A stretch of DNA of 64,000 nt from Eledone cirrhosa. Its lineage: Eukaryota. The notes beneath the pieces are model-generated. The model ran no database searches. It was not told the origin of the DNA and saw nothing but the letters and a program-made list of their open reading frames with translations. Location of the stretch: positions 50,158,001-50,222,000 of the forward strand of contig OZ024744.1 in NCBI GenBank assembly GCA_964016885.1, given 5' to 3'. This document shows positions 1 to 13,162 of this stretch, one piece after another. Positions within the stretch are counted from its first letter, which is position 1, and the number at the start of each line of letters is the position of its first letter. The translations under genes were made by a program, and so were the position numbers.

Positions 1-2395
1 CACAGGGAGGAGGAGAGTGACTTGGTGGTGGAACAATAAGATAGATGAGGCAGTTAAGGCCAAGAGACAGGCATGGAAAGAATGGAAAAACAGGGGAAGC
101 AGGGTACATTAGATAGAGACCAGGAGAGAAGCAAGGCGACAAGTATACTTAGCTAGGAGAGAAGCAGAGGATAGAAAATTCAAGCATGTTTTGCTACGTG
201 AGGACCAGAAACAGGAGGTATTCAAGATTGCAAGGCAGTGTGTCAGAGAGAATTGTGATGTCATTGGAGAGAAGTGTATCTGAAATGATAAAGGTGAGCT
301 TGCCCTCACAAGTGCTGAGAAGAAAGATGCATGGAAGAACCATTATGATAGATTACTAAATGAGGAGAATGCATGGGAAGAAGAAACCCTACCCCAAGTG
401 GACCCTAAAGAGGGGCCTGCAGTACAAGTCAACAGCAGCATAGTAAGTAAGGCAATCAAAGATATGAAGACGGAGAAGGCAACCGGTCCATCGGGTATAG
501 CAGCCTAGATGCTGAAGGCATCTGGGTCTGTAGGTCACACTATAACCACACGTATTGTTAACCAGGTAATACTAGAAGGTGTCATACCAAAAGATTGGTG
601 CAGTAGCATCATTGTCAACTGCTACAAAGGTAAAGGTGATGCACTAGATAGAAGAAACTATAGAGGGATAAAGCTCGGTTATGAAAGTAACAGAAAGAGT
701 TATAGCACAGTTGATTAGGAACCAGGTGAAACTAGATGAGATGCAATTTGGGTTTGTGCCAGGAAGAGGCACCATTGATGCCCTCTTCCTTGTGAGGCAG
801 TTACAGGAAAAGTACCTAACTAAAAGTAAGCCGCTCTACCTGGCATTCGTCGATCTCGAGAAAGCCTTTGACAGAGTTCCTCGTGCTATAATCTGGTGGG
901 CTCTTAGAAAACTAGGAGTAGATGAATGGCTTGTGAAAGCTGTACAAGCCATGTATAGGGGAGCAGTCAGCAAAGTTAGGATTAACAATGAGTATAGCGA
1001 GGAATTTAGCGTACAGGTTGGTGTCCACCAGGGCTCTGTTCTTAGCCCTCTCCTGTTCATCATAGTTCTGCAGGCAATAATGGAGGAGTTTAAGACTGGA
1101 TTCCCATGGGAACTCCTGTATGCAGATAACCTCGCACTTATAGCTGAATCTATGGTAGAACTAGAGAAGAAATTCCAAACTTGGAAGTAGGGACTAGAGA
1201 GAAAGAGTCTCAGGGTCAACATGACAAAGGCTAAGGTCCTTGTAAGTAGACGACAAAACAGAACCCAGATACCTCAGGGAAATAGCCTTGCTCAGTGTGT
1301 AGGAAAGGTGTAGGTAGGAACTCCATTCTCTGCCCCAAATGCAAACAATGGGTACATAAGAGATGTAGCGGGATCTCAGGAAGCTTAACTAAGATTGTAG
1401 GCTTCACATGTAGCACCTGTGCTGGGACAGAAAGTAGCAAACAGCCACAGGAAACAAGTACCACCAAACTCTGGGAGGGCTCTGTAGAAACAGTAGACAG
1501 TTTCTGCTACCTAGGTGACTGAATTAGCAGTGAAGGTTGATTGTTCGGAAGTACAATAACTAGGGTAAGAACGGGATGGAAGAAGTTCAGGGAGCTACTG
1601 CCACTGCTAGCTGCAAAAGGCTTTTCCCTCAAAATGAAAGGCAGACTGTATGATGCATGTATCCGAACAGCAATGTTGCATGGTAGTGAGACCTGGGCGC
1701 TGAAGGTGGAAGACTTACGTAGATTAGAGAGAAACGAAGCCTGCATGCTCCGATGGATGTGTAATAGTAATATATGTGAACAGCAAAGCATAAACGAATT
1801 GAGAGAGAGCCTGAGCATAAGAGGAATCAAATGCTGTATGCAGGAGAGGTGGTTGTGTTAGTATGGACATGTGATGTATATGAAGGATGACAGCTGCATA
1901 AAAAGGTGCAGAGCACTAGAAGTCGATAGAAGCCACGGAGTGGGGAGACCCAAGAAGACCTGGGATGAGGTGATAAAAGCCGACCTTACCCAATTACACC
2001 TCTCAAAGGCGATGACACATGACCGTGACCTCTGGCGTCACGCAATAATACAGAAGACCCGAGCCCCCATGGGTACAAGCCAAAGCTGAAACATATAGAC
2101 AATATGACCGCACACTCTCCCACTGCAAAGTGGTCGTGGAGGTGCCACGCCAAAAAAGCTCCCAGCCCACACTGTAAAGTGGACGTGTAGGCGCCACGAA
2201 AAAAAATCACCCAGCACTCACTGTAAATGAGGTTGGTGTTAGGAAGGGCATTCAACTGTAGAAATCAAGCCAGAATCAGTTCCCGTATGAGCAAGGCATG
2301 GTTAGCCGACCGGACACTGCCCACACAGGACAACCCGTCTAACCCATGTTAGCGTGGAAGAACGGACGTAAATCGGTGATGATGATGAAGATGAT
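1..2395 (+). mobile_element. RTE-clade non-LTR retrotransposon, decayed, cut by the window start
   Basis: ORF pieces 509-718, 681-1190, 1295-1522, 1541-1861 and 1871-2089 give RT motifs (QFGF, AFVDLEKAFD, GVHQGSVLSPLLF, LLYADN, FCYLG) and the RTE C-terminus (HGSETW, GRPKKTW). Stops and frameshifts are present. The 3' UTR ends in a (GAT)n tail at ~2378-2395. Confidence 0.92.
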
Positions 2396-2760
2396 TTGTC
2401 TTACATTTTAGCCTGTCTAGCCCCTCACTGCCAAGAATGTAATAAATAAAATACACAACATATAGCAGGACTATACCAGCCATTTGATCTAAGGTATCCC
2501 CACCCCCTCCAGATCACTGACCACTCCCAGAAAAAAACAAAATACAACAAACTTTTATATTGCTTTGATTTTTTTTGTTTTGATTGTATGCCTATACATG
2601 GGCTGTACCCATCAATTAATAAGTTCAGCTAGATACCCACCGTTCGAATATTGGTGCTTTAGTTCGGATCTATCTGTCGAAACAGCTCAGCTGTCAGGGT
2701 CTTGAATCTTTTCATATATATATATATATACGTGTGTGTGTGTGTGCGCGCGCGTATTTT

Positions 2761-2979
2761 AACAACGCAAAATAATTATTCCATTACCAAAGGTTTCAGG
2801 AAACTAGACGATTCTTACAGAAACGTCCAGTCTGTTCATCAGATGAAATAGTTACCTATTAACTATTAATAGTTACCTATTACCATAACTATTTCATCTG
2901 ATGAACGACCTAGGCGTTTCTGTTAGAATCGTCTAAATTCTTGAAAACTTTGATAATGGAATAATTAAATTGCGTTGTT
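2761..2979. repeat. Foldback element with a hammerhead ribozyme motif in each arm
   Basis: Diverged inverted arms 2761-2854 / 2886-2979. The minus strand at 2777-2850 reads tatttcat-CTGATGA-stem II-GAAA-cc-ttt-gg-TA-atggaata. Flanked by TA/TG repeats. Confidence 0.8.
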
Positions 2980-3003
2980 TATTATATTTATGTATATATA
3001 TTA

Positions 3004-3488
3004 ATTTATTAAAATATCAGATTAAAGTTTAAGCAAAGAATCTCTGCTTTAACCCTTAACAAGATCTTCTGAAACTAAAAAAAATCAATCTGTGACCGCA
3101 GAAGTAAATATTTCGAAAAACCTTGCAACCGAAGTAAAACAGGAAGACGATACTTTGGTTCGTGAAGACGTTCCCTGGCAATGAACGGAAAAAAAGCGAG
3201 GATAATGCGTCGTTATGTGGAGCGTTGAGAACAAATACAATCAAAGACAAAACCACGTTTATGGTATAAATGGAGTCATAGACTAATATTCTATTTAGGA
3301 AACCGAATGATTTCGGCTACGGAGTTAAGAATAACCAAAGTATCGTCTTCCTGTTTTCCTTCGGTTGCAACGTTTTTCGAAATATTTACTTCTGCGGTCA
3401 CAGATTGATTTTTTTAGTGTCAGAAGATCCCGTTAAGGGTTAAAGCAGCGATTCTTTGCTTAAACTTTAATCTGTTATTTTAATAAAT
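3004..3488. repeat. Foldback element with ~156 bp inverted arms
   Basis: Arms 3004-3160 / 3333-3488 with scattered mismatches. The left arm recurs at ~40283-40445. Confidence 0.85.
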
Positions 3489-3565
3489 ATTTGCACTAGG
3501 GTTCCTATATATTTGATATATATTTATCCTTATCGAGCCCTCTTCGAATTTTAGTCTTCCCATTT

Positions 3566-3750
3566 GAGGATTGGCAGTATCGGTAGAGGGTCAGACGCCA
3601 TGTTTTGATGCATAGAGTTACGGCCCTTTCCAATCTTAGTTCAAATCCCGCCGAGGTTAACTTTGCCTTTCATCCTTACAGGGTCGATAAAATAAAGTAC
3701 CAGTAATGCACTGGGTAATTGCTGGCCTTGTGTCAAAAGTAGAAACAATT
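3566..3750 (+). mobile_element. tRNA-derived SINE
   Basis: A-box-like tggcagtatcgg, B-box gttcaaatcc, central gcctttcatccttacagggtcgataaaataaagtaccag. Further copies at 10179, 35400 and 40510. Confidence 0.85.
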
Positions 3751-3766
3751 ATTACTATATATATAT

Positions 3767-4040
3767 AGTGAAAGAGTGAAGAATAACATGGTCGGTTGTA
3801 CAAAAAGGGTTTTATTTACAGTATTAACAATTGTTTCGTTAATCAGGTGAGTCTAAAGGCCGACCATGTTATTCTTCACTCTATCACTACTATTACTCCA
3901 AGAATAACCTGCATGGAAATTCTCGTAAACTTGCCACCTAACTAAGGAAACCTCTTGTTGTGTCAAACAACGCCGTACGTTAAAACTATCCATAGTACAG
4001 AGTACTCACAACCTCTAACTGGATTACTTAAAACGATAAT
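3767..4040 (+). mobile_element. Penelope pLTR-like short element with inverted 5' part
   Basis: Homologous to 16668-16915. Segment 3767-3860 is the reverse complement of that copy's 5' part, followed by the colinear 3' part. Preceded by (TA)n. Confidence 0.7.
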
Positions 4041-4189
4041 TTGTTATCCCATATTTCTGTAATATCCCGTCCATTATCACGCCCCTAGATTCCTATCACT
4101 TTCTCTTGATCATTAACATCTTCTCTTACAACTAATACGTGCCGAATATATATGCTCACTCCACTTTTCCCTTCACTGCTCTGTATACA

Positions 4190-4755
<566 letters not shown>

Positions 4756-5269
4756 TTTACACACACACACACACGCATACATATATCATAATCTATAAAG
4801 CTCAGTGTGTGGTCATGCTCCTTCGTTATAGAAATCTACGATATAGAATTTCTTCAATTGAAATTTACAATTCAGTATTCGAAGTAGTTTCGATTGCGTC
4901 TTGACGCAGATAATTTTTTCAATTTCACCCACAATTACGCAAAAAATAGATAAAACTCAATATTTTACGATTTTTCTCTGTCATTTAAAATCTTGAATCT
5001 CGTTGGTGGTGCTGGAATGGAGTTAAATTATATATATCCGTATGTGGTTGACGGCTGAGAGAAAAGAGTACTCAATATCGAAGTAGAGTTTTAATATTCA
5101 TTTTATTAAGGCTAAATAGTAAGTTTTGTTACTTTGGAGTTTTGCCTGTTTATCACAGGGTCAAGCTCTGAATGAGAGCAGATTACCATCACATATATAT
5201 ATATGATGGTAGTCGCTGCAGATAATAATCATTTTTATTATACAAAAACTACGTAATATGTCGGCTGCA

Positions 5270-7760
5270 GCCTGATTCTTGTCTGTAGGCAGATCGTGAC
5301 CAGCGAGCCAGACCACGACATCATTTGCTTCCATGCCACCAGGAAAACATCTGAGGGGGCAATCCTGAACAACATGCAGTGCTGTCTGGTTAGGGTCCCC
5401 ACAGTCACATGCAGAGCTGTCTTTTATTTTCCATCGATGGAGATGTGTTGTGCGGATATGATTAAGGGTCACCCATTGCTTTCTGGGAAGGTCAAAGCCG
5501 GTTGATTTAGATGTGGGGTCCTGGACGTGGTCTTAGTTGGCAAATTTGGACTCATTCCATGATCTTTACTACTCTTCCTTCAGATCAAAGTTATTGTCAT
5601 GGAGGGTCGTCATTGATTCCCAGAATGGTTTCCGTGATTTCAAGCACATGCTGGGAACGTTTTGAAAATCTTCATGAATGGGAAGGTCTGTCTTGGACTT
5701 GGTAAGCGGTGTTGTTTTGCGGATCATCTCCTGATGCCACATGTGAGAAGATGCTATATGAAAAAGGGTAGGCAGCCAATGAATAGGTGTAGATTTCAGT
5801 GTGCCAGATACTATACTTATTGTTAAGTTGAGGGTGGTATCAACTTGCTTGGCATGGCATATCCCTACCCAGACCAGTGAACAATACTCTGCAACTGGGT
5901 ATGCAAGTGCTAAACACAGTTTCCTGCTAACTTGTGGATGATATTAATCCTGGTCTTCAGCTTTCCGACAACCCTTTTTAGATGCTCTCACTAGGTCAGG
6001 CTGCCACCCAATGTTACACCAATATATTTGGGGTGTGGTTCATTCTTGACAGGTGTACGACAGAAGGAGACCCTGAGTTCCACCCAAGCTTGTCTGGTGC
6101 TGATATGGAATGCTGTCACAGTGGTTTTGCTTGGGTTGGACTGAAGGTGCCAGTAGCTGTAATAGTCCCCCATCTTCTTCAGGTCTCCTGTGAGTGTGAA
6201 ATTGAGTGTAAAATTGAGTTTGTCAAAGTCAGTAGATTGGATAGCCAAGGCAAGGTCATCTGTGTATGCAAATTTCCTTGAAGTTGTCCTGGGTATATCA
6301 CTCATTTAAAGAGCATTAAAGCTGGGCGAAACTTGGGGAAGGCTATCATTCAGGGTTTTGGTTGAACCTGTTTGACCTCCTAGCGACACTCTGAATCTTA
6401 GGTTACTGAGTATGGAGGCAAGTATGTTCACAGTTGGCTGGTACTTGATGGTATACAGGTCTTCAGAAGGAGGCTGCTTCTCCATAGAGTGTCGTATGCA
6501 GAAGAGAAGTTGACCAGAGAAGCCTCTGTCTTAAGACCTTGTTGGTAGCCAACCTCAATGAAGGTAGTGAGGGTGAAAACTTGATCAGTGAAACTTCTTT
6601 GTGGTCTGAAGCCTGCTTGCTCCTTAGGAAGAGTTCTACTAAAGGGCCAACCCTAACCAAAAGGAACTGTTCAAATATCTTGTAAAAGGTACAGAGGAGA
6701 GAGATTGGTCGGTAGCTTGCAGGGTTATCCCCAGGTTTCCCGGGTCTCAGGATGGCGATGACCTTAGCTTCTCTCCAGATCTTCGGGATAACTCCAGTTG
6801 AGTGGATGACTGTGTAGAGAGAAACCAGCCAGTCTCGGGCAATTGGCCTGAAATCCTTAAGGAATTTATGATAGATGCCTCGTCTACTTTGGTGGATGAA
6901 AGGCCAGTATCTATCTCACTTAAGGTGTAAGGTTTAGCAAGTGGGGTACCCTTCGGTGAGGATACGTAGGCTGCTGAGAGATTCTTATGGACTTCTTGGC
7001 ATGCCTCCTTGGCTGAAGGTACCTTGGAGTTGAGAAGTAGGCGTGTTGCAACTGCATTAGCAGTTACTTTCTGTGACTGTTGCTGAATGGGAGATGCTAC
7101 ACCAAGTCGCCTAAGGAGATTCCATACTTTCCTCCTAGGGTGAATGAAATCCGTATCTTCCACCATTCCCTGCAAACGTGTCTGGCTGAGTCAAGAGGGT
7201 CTAAGAGTTCCGTAGCAATATGTGGATCACTTGAGGTCTCATAGCTCTTGAGAAGCTCTTCAGACACTGGAAGCCAACACGGGGTGTAAGATTAACAGAA
7301 ACCTCGTGGGATGTTTCTTGGCAACATCCTTCAGAATCTTACAAAATGAAGTATAATTCCTAGTTGATGATCTGTTCCTCTACATCTGAACTGAAAGATT
7401 CCCAATCAGCCTTTCTGAAGTTCCACGTGGTAGTGGCTTGGATTATATAACAGGAATCTCTATGCTGATGTGTATCATAGCTGGTCTAAGTTGGTTGTAG
7501 AGAAAGTGAGGGAGTATCTTGTGAGCAGCCTGAACAGGACATTTATTGATTGATTTAGAAAAGTAGCAGAGATCTGTGTTGTAATTCTCCTTCCAGCGAC
7601 TAGAATAGAACGTGTCAGGCTGTTTGGCATCATGGAGAAGATAGCGGTCACTGGCTGAAGTCCATACCTCCAATTGTACCCCAGTCTCATTGTTTATGGC
7701 ATAGCTCCATGGAGAGTGAAGACATGAGTGTTACCCATAAGAGAGGTTGGTGCACATCGG
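5270..7760 (-). mobile_element. Decayed Ingi/Vingi-like LINE (APE-RT plus C-terminal Cys/His motif)
   Basis: Minus-strand ORF pieces: APE (TFYSSRW..YNTDLCYF, 7443-7673), RT (SDIPRTTSRKFAYTDD, PKYIGVTL, 5991-6305) and C-terminus LHRWKIKDSSACDCG..QT..H...CP (5161-5472). Clade assigned by motif recall. Confidence 0.75.
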
Positions 7761-7896
7761 TGGTTGATTTAATGGGAAATAGGGATGGTGTATAGGTTTT
7801 TGGTTTATACTGGCTTGGGTTCAAGGTTGGCTTTGATTTTCTGAGAGTATTTAATTACAGGTTAGGACAATTGGTGGGATTAGTTGCGCGCGCGCG

Positions 7897-7930
<34 letters not shown>

Positions 7931-8429
7931 GTTCAAGTTAACAAAAGGCAAAGATAGCGATATAATTGCATAAAGTCTTATTAATTTCACCCTTGCTTGA
8001 AAAGGAAAATGAATGTCTTAATGTATCAGACATTTGTCCTTGACCAGGATGAGAACATTTAGGAGAAAGGGGTGTGGAGGTCGAAGAAAATAGAAAGAAA
8101 AAACTGTTTATTAGGTTTGGATGAGGTGGGTGGGTAGGTATGTCATCAGGCATAGAGGGGTGGGTACTGAGGTGTTTGCAGACCATCTGGATACACACTT
8201 GTACCTATATGTGCATACAGATGAAGTGTATTTTGTGAGTGTGCATATAGTTTTTATTTTTTGTTGTATGTGTATATGGGTGTATGAGCAGGCATGTGTA
8301 TTGGAGTGGTGTGTATGTACCTTGATGTATTAATAGTGAATATGTATGTTTTAGTCTGTGTGTATATGTATGAATGTGTGTGTGTGTGGGTCCAGTACTT
8401 CTTCAAAATATCAGATTGAACACATACGT

Positions 8430-8630
8430 GCTTTTTTCTCCAAAATGTTTTCTATTTCTCCCTCTTTTGCTCTCATCTATCTTTCTATTTCTTTTATTTC
8501 TCATTCTATCTCCCGATGAAGGATTAGTGTCCGAAATGTTAAGACTCTTTTCCTACTATATCCAGACTTGAACTTATATATATCTTCTTTGTACTGTTTT
8601 GTTTGCTTTACTGTTTCCATTTATTTACGA
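8430..8630 (+). mobile_element. Penelope pLTR-like remnant with degenerate hammerhead motif
   Basis: ccgatgaaggattagtgtccgaaatgttaagactcttt at ~8513-8550 is clearly related to the 4642 and 11161 motifs. Confidence 0.6.
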
Positions 8631-8973
8631 ACACACACACACACATTGCACAGTAGAATAGAAAAAATGAGAAAAAATAGACAGCAAATAAAACAAAAAA
8701 AATATATATTTGAACTAAAGTCCTAGACAAGAACAAAATGATAGGGAGGCAGAGGAAAGGAAAGAAGAGAATGAGAGTAAGATAGTTATATGGCGGTGTA
8801 AATTCTATTTCTAGATATGTGTTAAAAAGGCACACGTGGCGAAGATTATATCGAATATGAATTTAAAAAATTAGTGGGAGGGGGAATACCACAGAGTGTA
8901 TATACATATGTATTTAACTATATCTACACACACACACACACATATATATATATATTATTCAGAATATTAATAA

Positions 8974-9203
8974 ATGTTTTATTATATATATTTCGAAGGT
9001 ACTATGCTGTTTTTTTCAGTACGTCCTCGTCAGATAAAATACATGAATTGATGTATGGTTCAATTCCAGTATTGACTGCCAATACTGGAATTGAACCATC
9101 AAGACCGTTGAGGTATGTCATACATCAATTCATGTATTTTATCTGACGAGGACGTACTGAAAAAAAACAGCATAGTACCTTCGAAATATATATAATAAAA
9201 CAT
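8974..9203. repeat. Near-perfect foldback element with hammerhead ribozyme in each arm
   Basis: Arms 8974-9057 / 9119-9203, with a nested 20 bp hairpin at 9055-9099. The + strand reads ttttat-CTGACGA-gg..gtact..agtac.ct.tc-GAAA-t-atat-a-TA-ataaaa. Confidence 0.85.
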
Positions 9204-9220
9204 ATATTTTGATTATGTGA

Positions 9221-9284
<64 letters not shown>

Positions 9285-9415
9285 GTGAGGGTTTTTTTAC
9301 AAAATGAAAAATAACCGAGGTGTCCTACACGAGTGGAAGTATAAAGAAAAAGGGATGAAATCGAAAATGCAACTGAAGTCTTATTTTTTTTAAAAATATA
9401 TATATTTATTTGGTT

Positions 9416-9453
9416 CCTTTACCGGTTTCGCAGTTCTTCTGCTTTTCAAAAGG
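9416..9453 (-). ncRNA. Minimal type I hammerhead ribozyme, U3-A8 core variant
   Basis: Minus strand reads cctt-TTGAAAA-gcag-aagaa-ctgc-GAAA-ccgg-TA-aagg. Stems I and II pair perfectly. It lies in a ~215 bp insert between two (TA)n tracts. Confidence 0.7.
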
Positions 9454-9494
9454 TGAGTTGAGATGGAGGGTCTGTGGTTTTTCTCACATCTGAC

Positions 9495-9513
9495 ATATAT
9501 ATATATATATATA

Positions 9514-9580
<67 letters not shown>

Positions 9581-9632
9581 GTATATATATATATGTATAT
9601 ATATATATGTGTGTGTATATATATATACATAC

Positions 9633-9691
<59 letters not shown>

Positions 9692-9709
9692 TATATATAT
9701 ATATGTATG

Positions 9710-9743
<34 letters not shown>

Positions 9744-9778
9744 CATACATGCATACATATATATCATATATATATATA
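9495..9778. repeat. Compound (TA)n microsatellite
   Basis: Direct reading. Confidence 0.97.
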
Positions 9779-9779
9779 C

Positions 9780-9892
9780 CATCATCATCATCACCATCGT
9801 TTTTACATCCAATTTTGTTTTATTCATGCATGAGTTGGACAGCCTGTTTGAAACAATATTTTACAGCCTTGTGCCCTTCCTGATACCAACCA
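9780..9892 (-). mobile_element. Short element sharing the RTE 3' tail
   Basis: (CAT)n-cgtttttacatcc...gcatgagttggac...tacagc..tgcccttcctgataccaacc resembles the RTE 3' UTR at 59438-59605. Confidence 0.55.
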
Positions 9893-10178
9893 TTGTAGTT
9901 GCCTCATACAGAATACGTATTATTCTAAAAGCCATGATACACTTGCCTAATATATATGTGTGTGTGTGTGTATACATATATATATACACACGTGTGCATA
10001 AATTTTGTATTACCATATGGTACACTCCGCTTTGGGTATAACATACTTAATGCTTTATTTAGGCAAATTAATGGAGATTTATGTAAATTCGTGTCAAAGT
10101 ATGTATGTTACAATGTTGCTAGCCACCATCGATGAAAGCAGATATGTGTATGTTTATATATAGTTTATATATATATAT

Positions 10179-10355
10179 AATTGTTTCTACTTTAGGCACA
10201 AGGCCAGCAATTACCCAGTGCATTACTGGTACTTTATTTTATCGACCCCGTAAGGATGAAAGGCAAAGTCAACCTCAGAGGGATTTGAACTCAGATCGTA
10301 AAGGGACGTAACTATGCTGGAAAGCATGGCGTCCGACCCTCTACCGATACTGCCA
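10179..10355 (-). mobile_element. tRNA-derived SINE (same family as 3566)
   Basis: Reverse-complement match to 3572-3750, embedded in (TA)n. Confidence 0.85.
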
Positions 10356-10809
10356 TATATATAATATATATATATAATATATATATATAATATATATATA
10401 TAATATATATATATAATATATATATATATACACTGGTATCTACCCATTTACAGTAAGACCAATAACACTGTTAGAACTCCATGAAGAATGTATATGAATA
10501 TCCCAACGAAACAAGCCGTAAAAAGGTCTTGTTTTTGTGGAAGAATGGCATCATATATTTTATTGAGTATTCAAAAGAACTGCAGTGTCCGATAAATACA
10601 TAGCCTGAACAATGAAACAAAAAAAGGAATAGGTTTGGTGCTGAATAATTAGTTAATTGCTTAAACAATGACTTAATTATGTCTTATTTTTTCGGGGTGG
10701 GGGGTCATATATATATATATGAACCCCCCCCCCTCAAAAAAAAAAAAATTATATGTATATACATATATATACACATATATATACATATATACACGCACGC
10801 ACACACTCA

Positions 10810-11188
10810 CTTATATTAACATGCTATTGCCCACAACTTTGTACTTACAAGTACACACACACTCTTTGACTCACATATACACACACATATCCTCTTAGTT
10901 TCGTAAGGACGTTTAATCACACACACACACATACATATAGCTCTATATACAAAACGTTTTATTTTGTTTTTTTTTCCATTTCAGGTAGACGCGCTCCATC
11001 ATCCACTTTTCTAAAAAGAGTATATTATACACAAAACGCCAGCATCAACAGTTTGCCAAGAGATGGCAACATGAATGGGCCTGTTATTTTTCTCTAAAAA
11101 CATTTTTTCCGATTCCACCCTGCCCGTCCCTTCAATCTTTCTAACTTCTCATTCTTTCTTCTGATGAAGGACTAGCGTCCGAAATGTT
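10810..11188 (+). mobile_element. Penelope-like pLTR remnant, 5' half, interrupted by an LTR element
   Basis: Aligns to 4190-4669. tctt-CTGATGA-agga..tcc-GAAAtgtt at 11157-11188. Continues at 14294-14378. Confidence 0.75.
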
Positions 11189-11674
11189 CATTGATATCTT
11201 CTTCCGTGCGTTGTTTGGCTCAGTTCAGCCAATCGCTACCAGCGTAGGGAAATGTATCTCGACTTCCACCCAAAGGGAAAAAATCCCGTTTCTTTTCGAT
11301 AAAACTTTCTCTTTGCATCTAGATCCCGACAAGGTAACAACCTCTTGGTTTCGTTCCTGAAACATTCCACAATGTGTCTACCGGACTTACCGCGGCCGGG
11401 CTTCTTATTTCAGCCACCGGACCGCGTCTTCTTTACCGCATCTTAATTTGTCTATTCATTTCTTATGGCATGCCAGCTAAACCTTTGTAATCGTTTTGTA
11501 AATAAATTATATATAAAAAACATTATAACGTCGTATGATGCTATTTACCACAACATTGCTTTTAACTGCTTCAATGGTGACTTCAGTGATACAATACACA
11601 AATACATACATTCTCAACACATACAGATCTCTATATCTTCTATTAACCATCTTCTAAAATACACCCTTCCAAAT

Positions 11675-11685
11675 TGGTGACCCCG
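11675..11685 (+). promoter_or_regulatory. Primer binding site complementary to the tRNA-Trp 3' end
   Basis: TGGTGACCCCG immediately after the 5' LTR. Eukaryotic tRNA-Trp ends ...CGGGGUCACCA. Confidence 0.75.
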
Positions 11686-13162
11686 TCGAGGGAACATTTT
11701 CGAACTAAATGTTCCTCCAAAAAAAAATAAAAAGTAGTATTTTTAAAATGAGAACACGCAAGCTTTCTTGTATTGTATTGTATTAACACCATGTAAAAAA
11801 CTTTTCTTGTTGATAACAGCATATCACGTGGTTCATCTTCAATGAACCCGCCTGAGAAAACATTCTTTGAGGAAAAATTAGCTGTATTTTAAAAAATTAT
11901 AGCACGAACAAATTTTTTTAACATGGCTACCATCAACATCAACAAAACTTTCAGCAGCAGAAGCAGTTAACCACTAACGATAAACTCGAGAACAACGATG
12001 TGGCAGCTTTATAGTCTTTCCGACGCAACGCACCACACGATTTCATATTGTTTACTTCTATGCTTCACCTATTCTATCGTCTCTTGTCATATAACCGCTA
12101 CAACTTCTCGCAACAACGGTAACTCGAGAATCAAAACAACAACAGCCTACTCGCCACATAATGGTGAATTCGATGCTTGCAAATCTTCACTGCTCTACAA
12201 AACTTCACGATTCATCGATGTCTCTATTCTACTGAAGATTTACTGTGACTTCGCTTCGATGCTCTTCAAAATAGTGCCAAACACATCACTGTGAAAACAC
12301 CCGAGGAATCGCTGTCATTTTCTTCAATAGCAACAATAAACAACACCAACAACTCTACTAGCTTCCTAGTAAGAACGATAACATTCTTATCCCAAAGAAA
12401 TTTCAAAGAAAAGAAAAATTGAACTTTTTGTTAAAAAACAATTATTTCTTCTTTATTTTACAGGCAATGTTTGAACATTTATTTTTTTTAAACTGTATTA
12501 TATGAACATTCATTTTTTTCTATCATTGTATATATGACTGCATGCACACATTTTCTTTTGCTATATTACATGCCTGCATACGCACACACATTTCTTTGCC
12601 ACACACCAACATGTTGTTGTCTATAGTATATGTTCTTCAAACGCCGTAATATTCTGCGAGATCCCTTTTCACCTGGTTGATGTACGTAAACATGCTATCG
12701 ACACATGCAGCTTTATTCACCTGGACTCACACAGGCCCCGCAACACGAGAATTGCTAATTGCAGCTGGGTTCACTCAACTTCGCATCTCGTTGCACACTC
12801 ATAGTCCTATAGCATAAAAACCTCAATCTTGTCACTCTACCCGATTCACTGGGAAAACATTCATGGAACTGGACCTGTCACCAGTTCCCACCGTTTCTCC
12901 AGCGGACTCGCCAGAATTACGGGTTTACCGCTTCAACTACCACCCACCTACAGATTCAACTTGCTTTCTTTTCAAAGAAACCTTAACCACTTTTTCTGAC
13001 TACCAAGCACTTTCGGCAATTCATCTGGGACGCCGACAATTTCTTCCCTTCCCATCAACTCCTTGCCCGCACCTGCAAATATTGACTCACATCTTATGGC
13101 CGCATAACAGCCATCCTAGATCTCTCTTCACCAGAATCGGAAAATGCAGATACCTGCCAGTA

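Noticed and set aside
7770-8110. Possible Penelope GIY-YIG remnant on the minus strand
   Set aside because: Only vague motif similarity (HSFSFSSKG..CN), too degraded to support.
9390-10041. Long IY/YI, CV and HT repeat ORFs here and at 46.4-47.9 kb and 55.6-58.5 kb
   Set aside because: They are translations of (TA)n, (TG)n and (CA)n microsatellites that lack stops, not genes.
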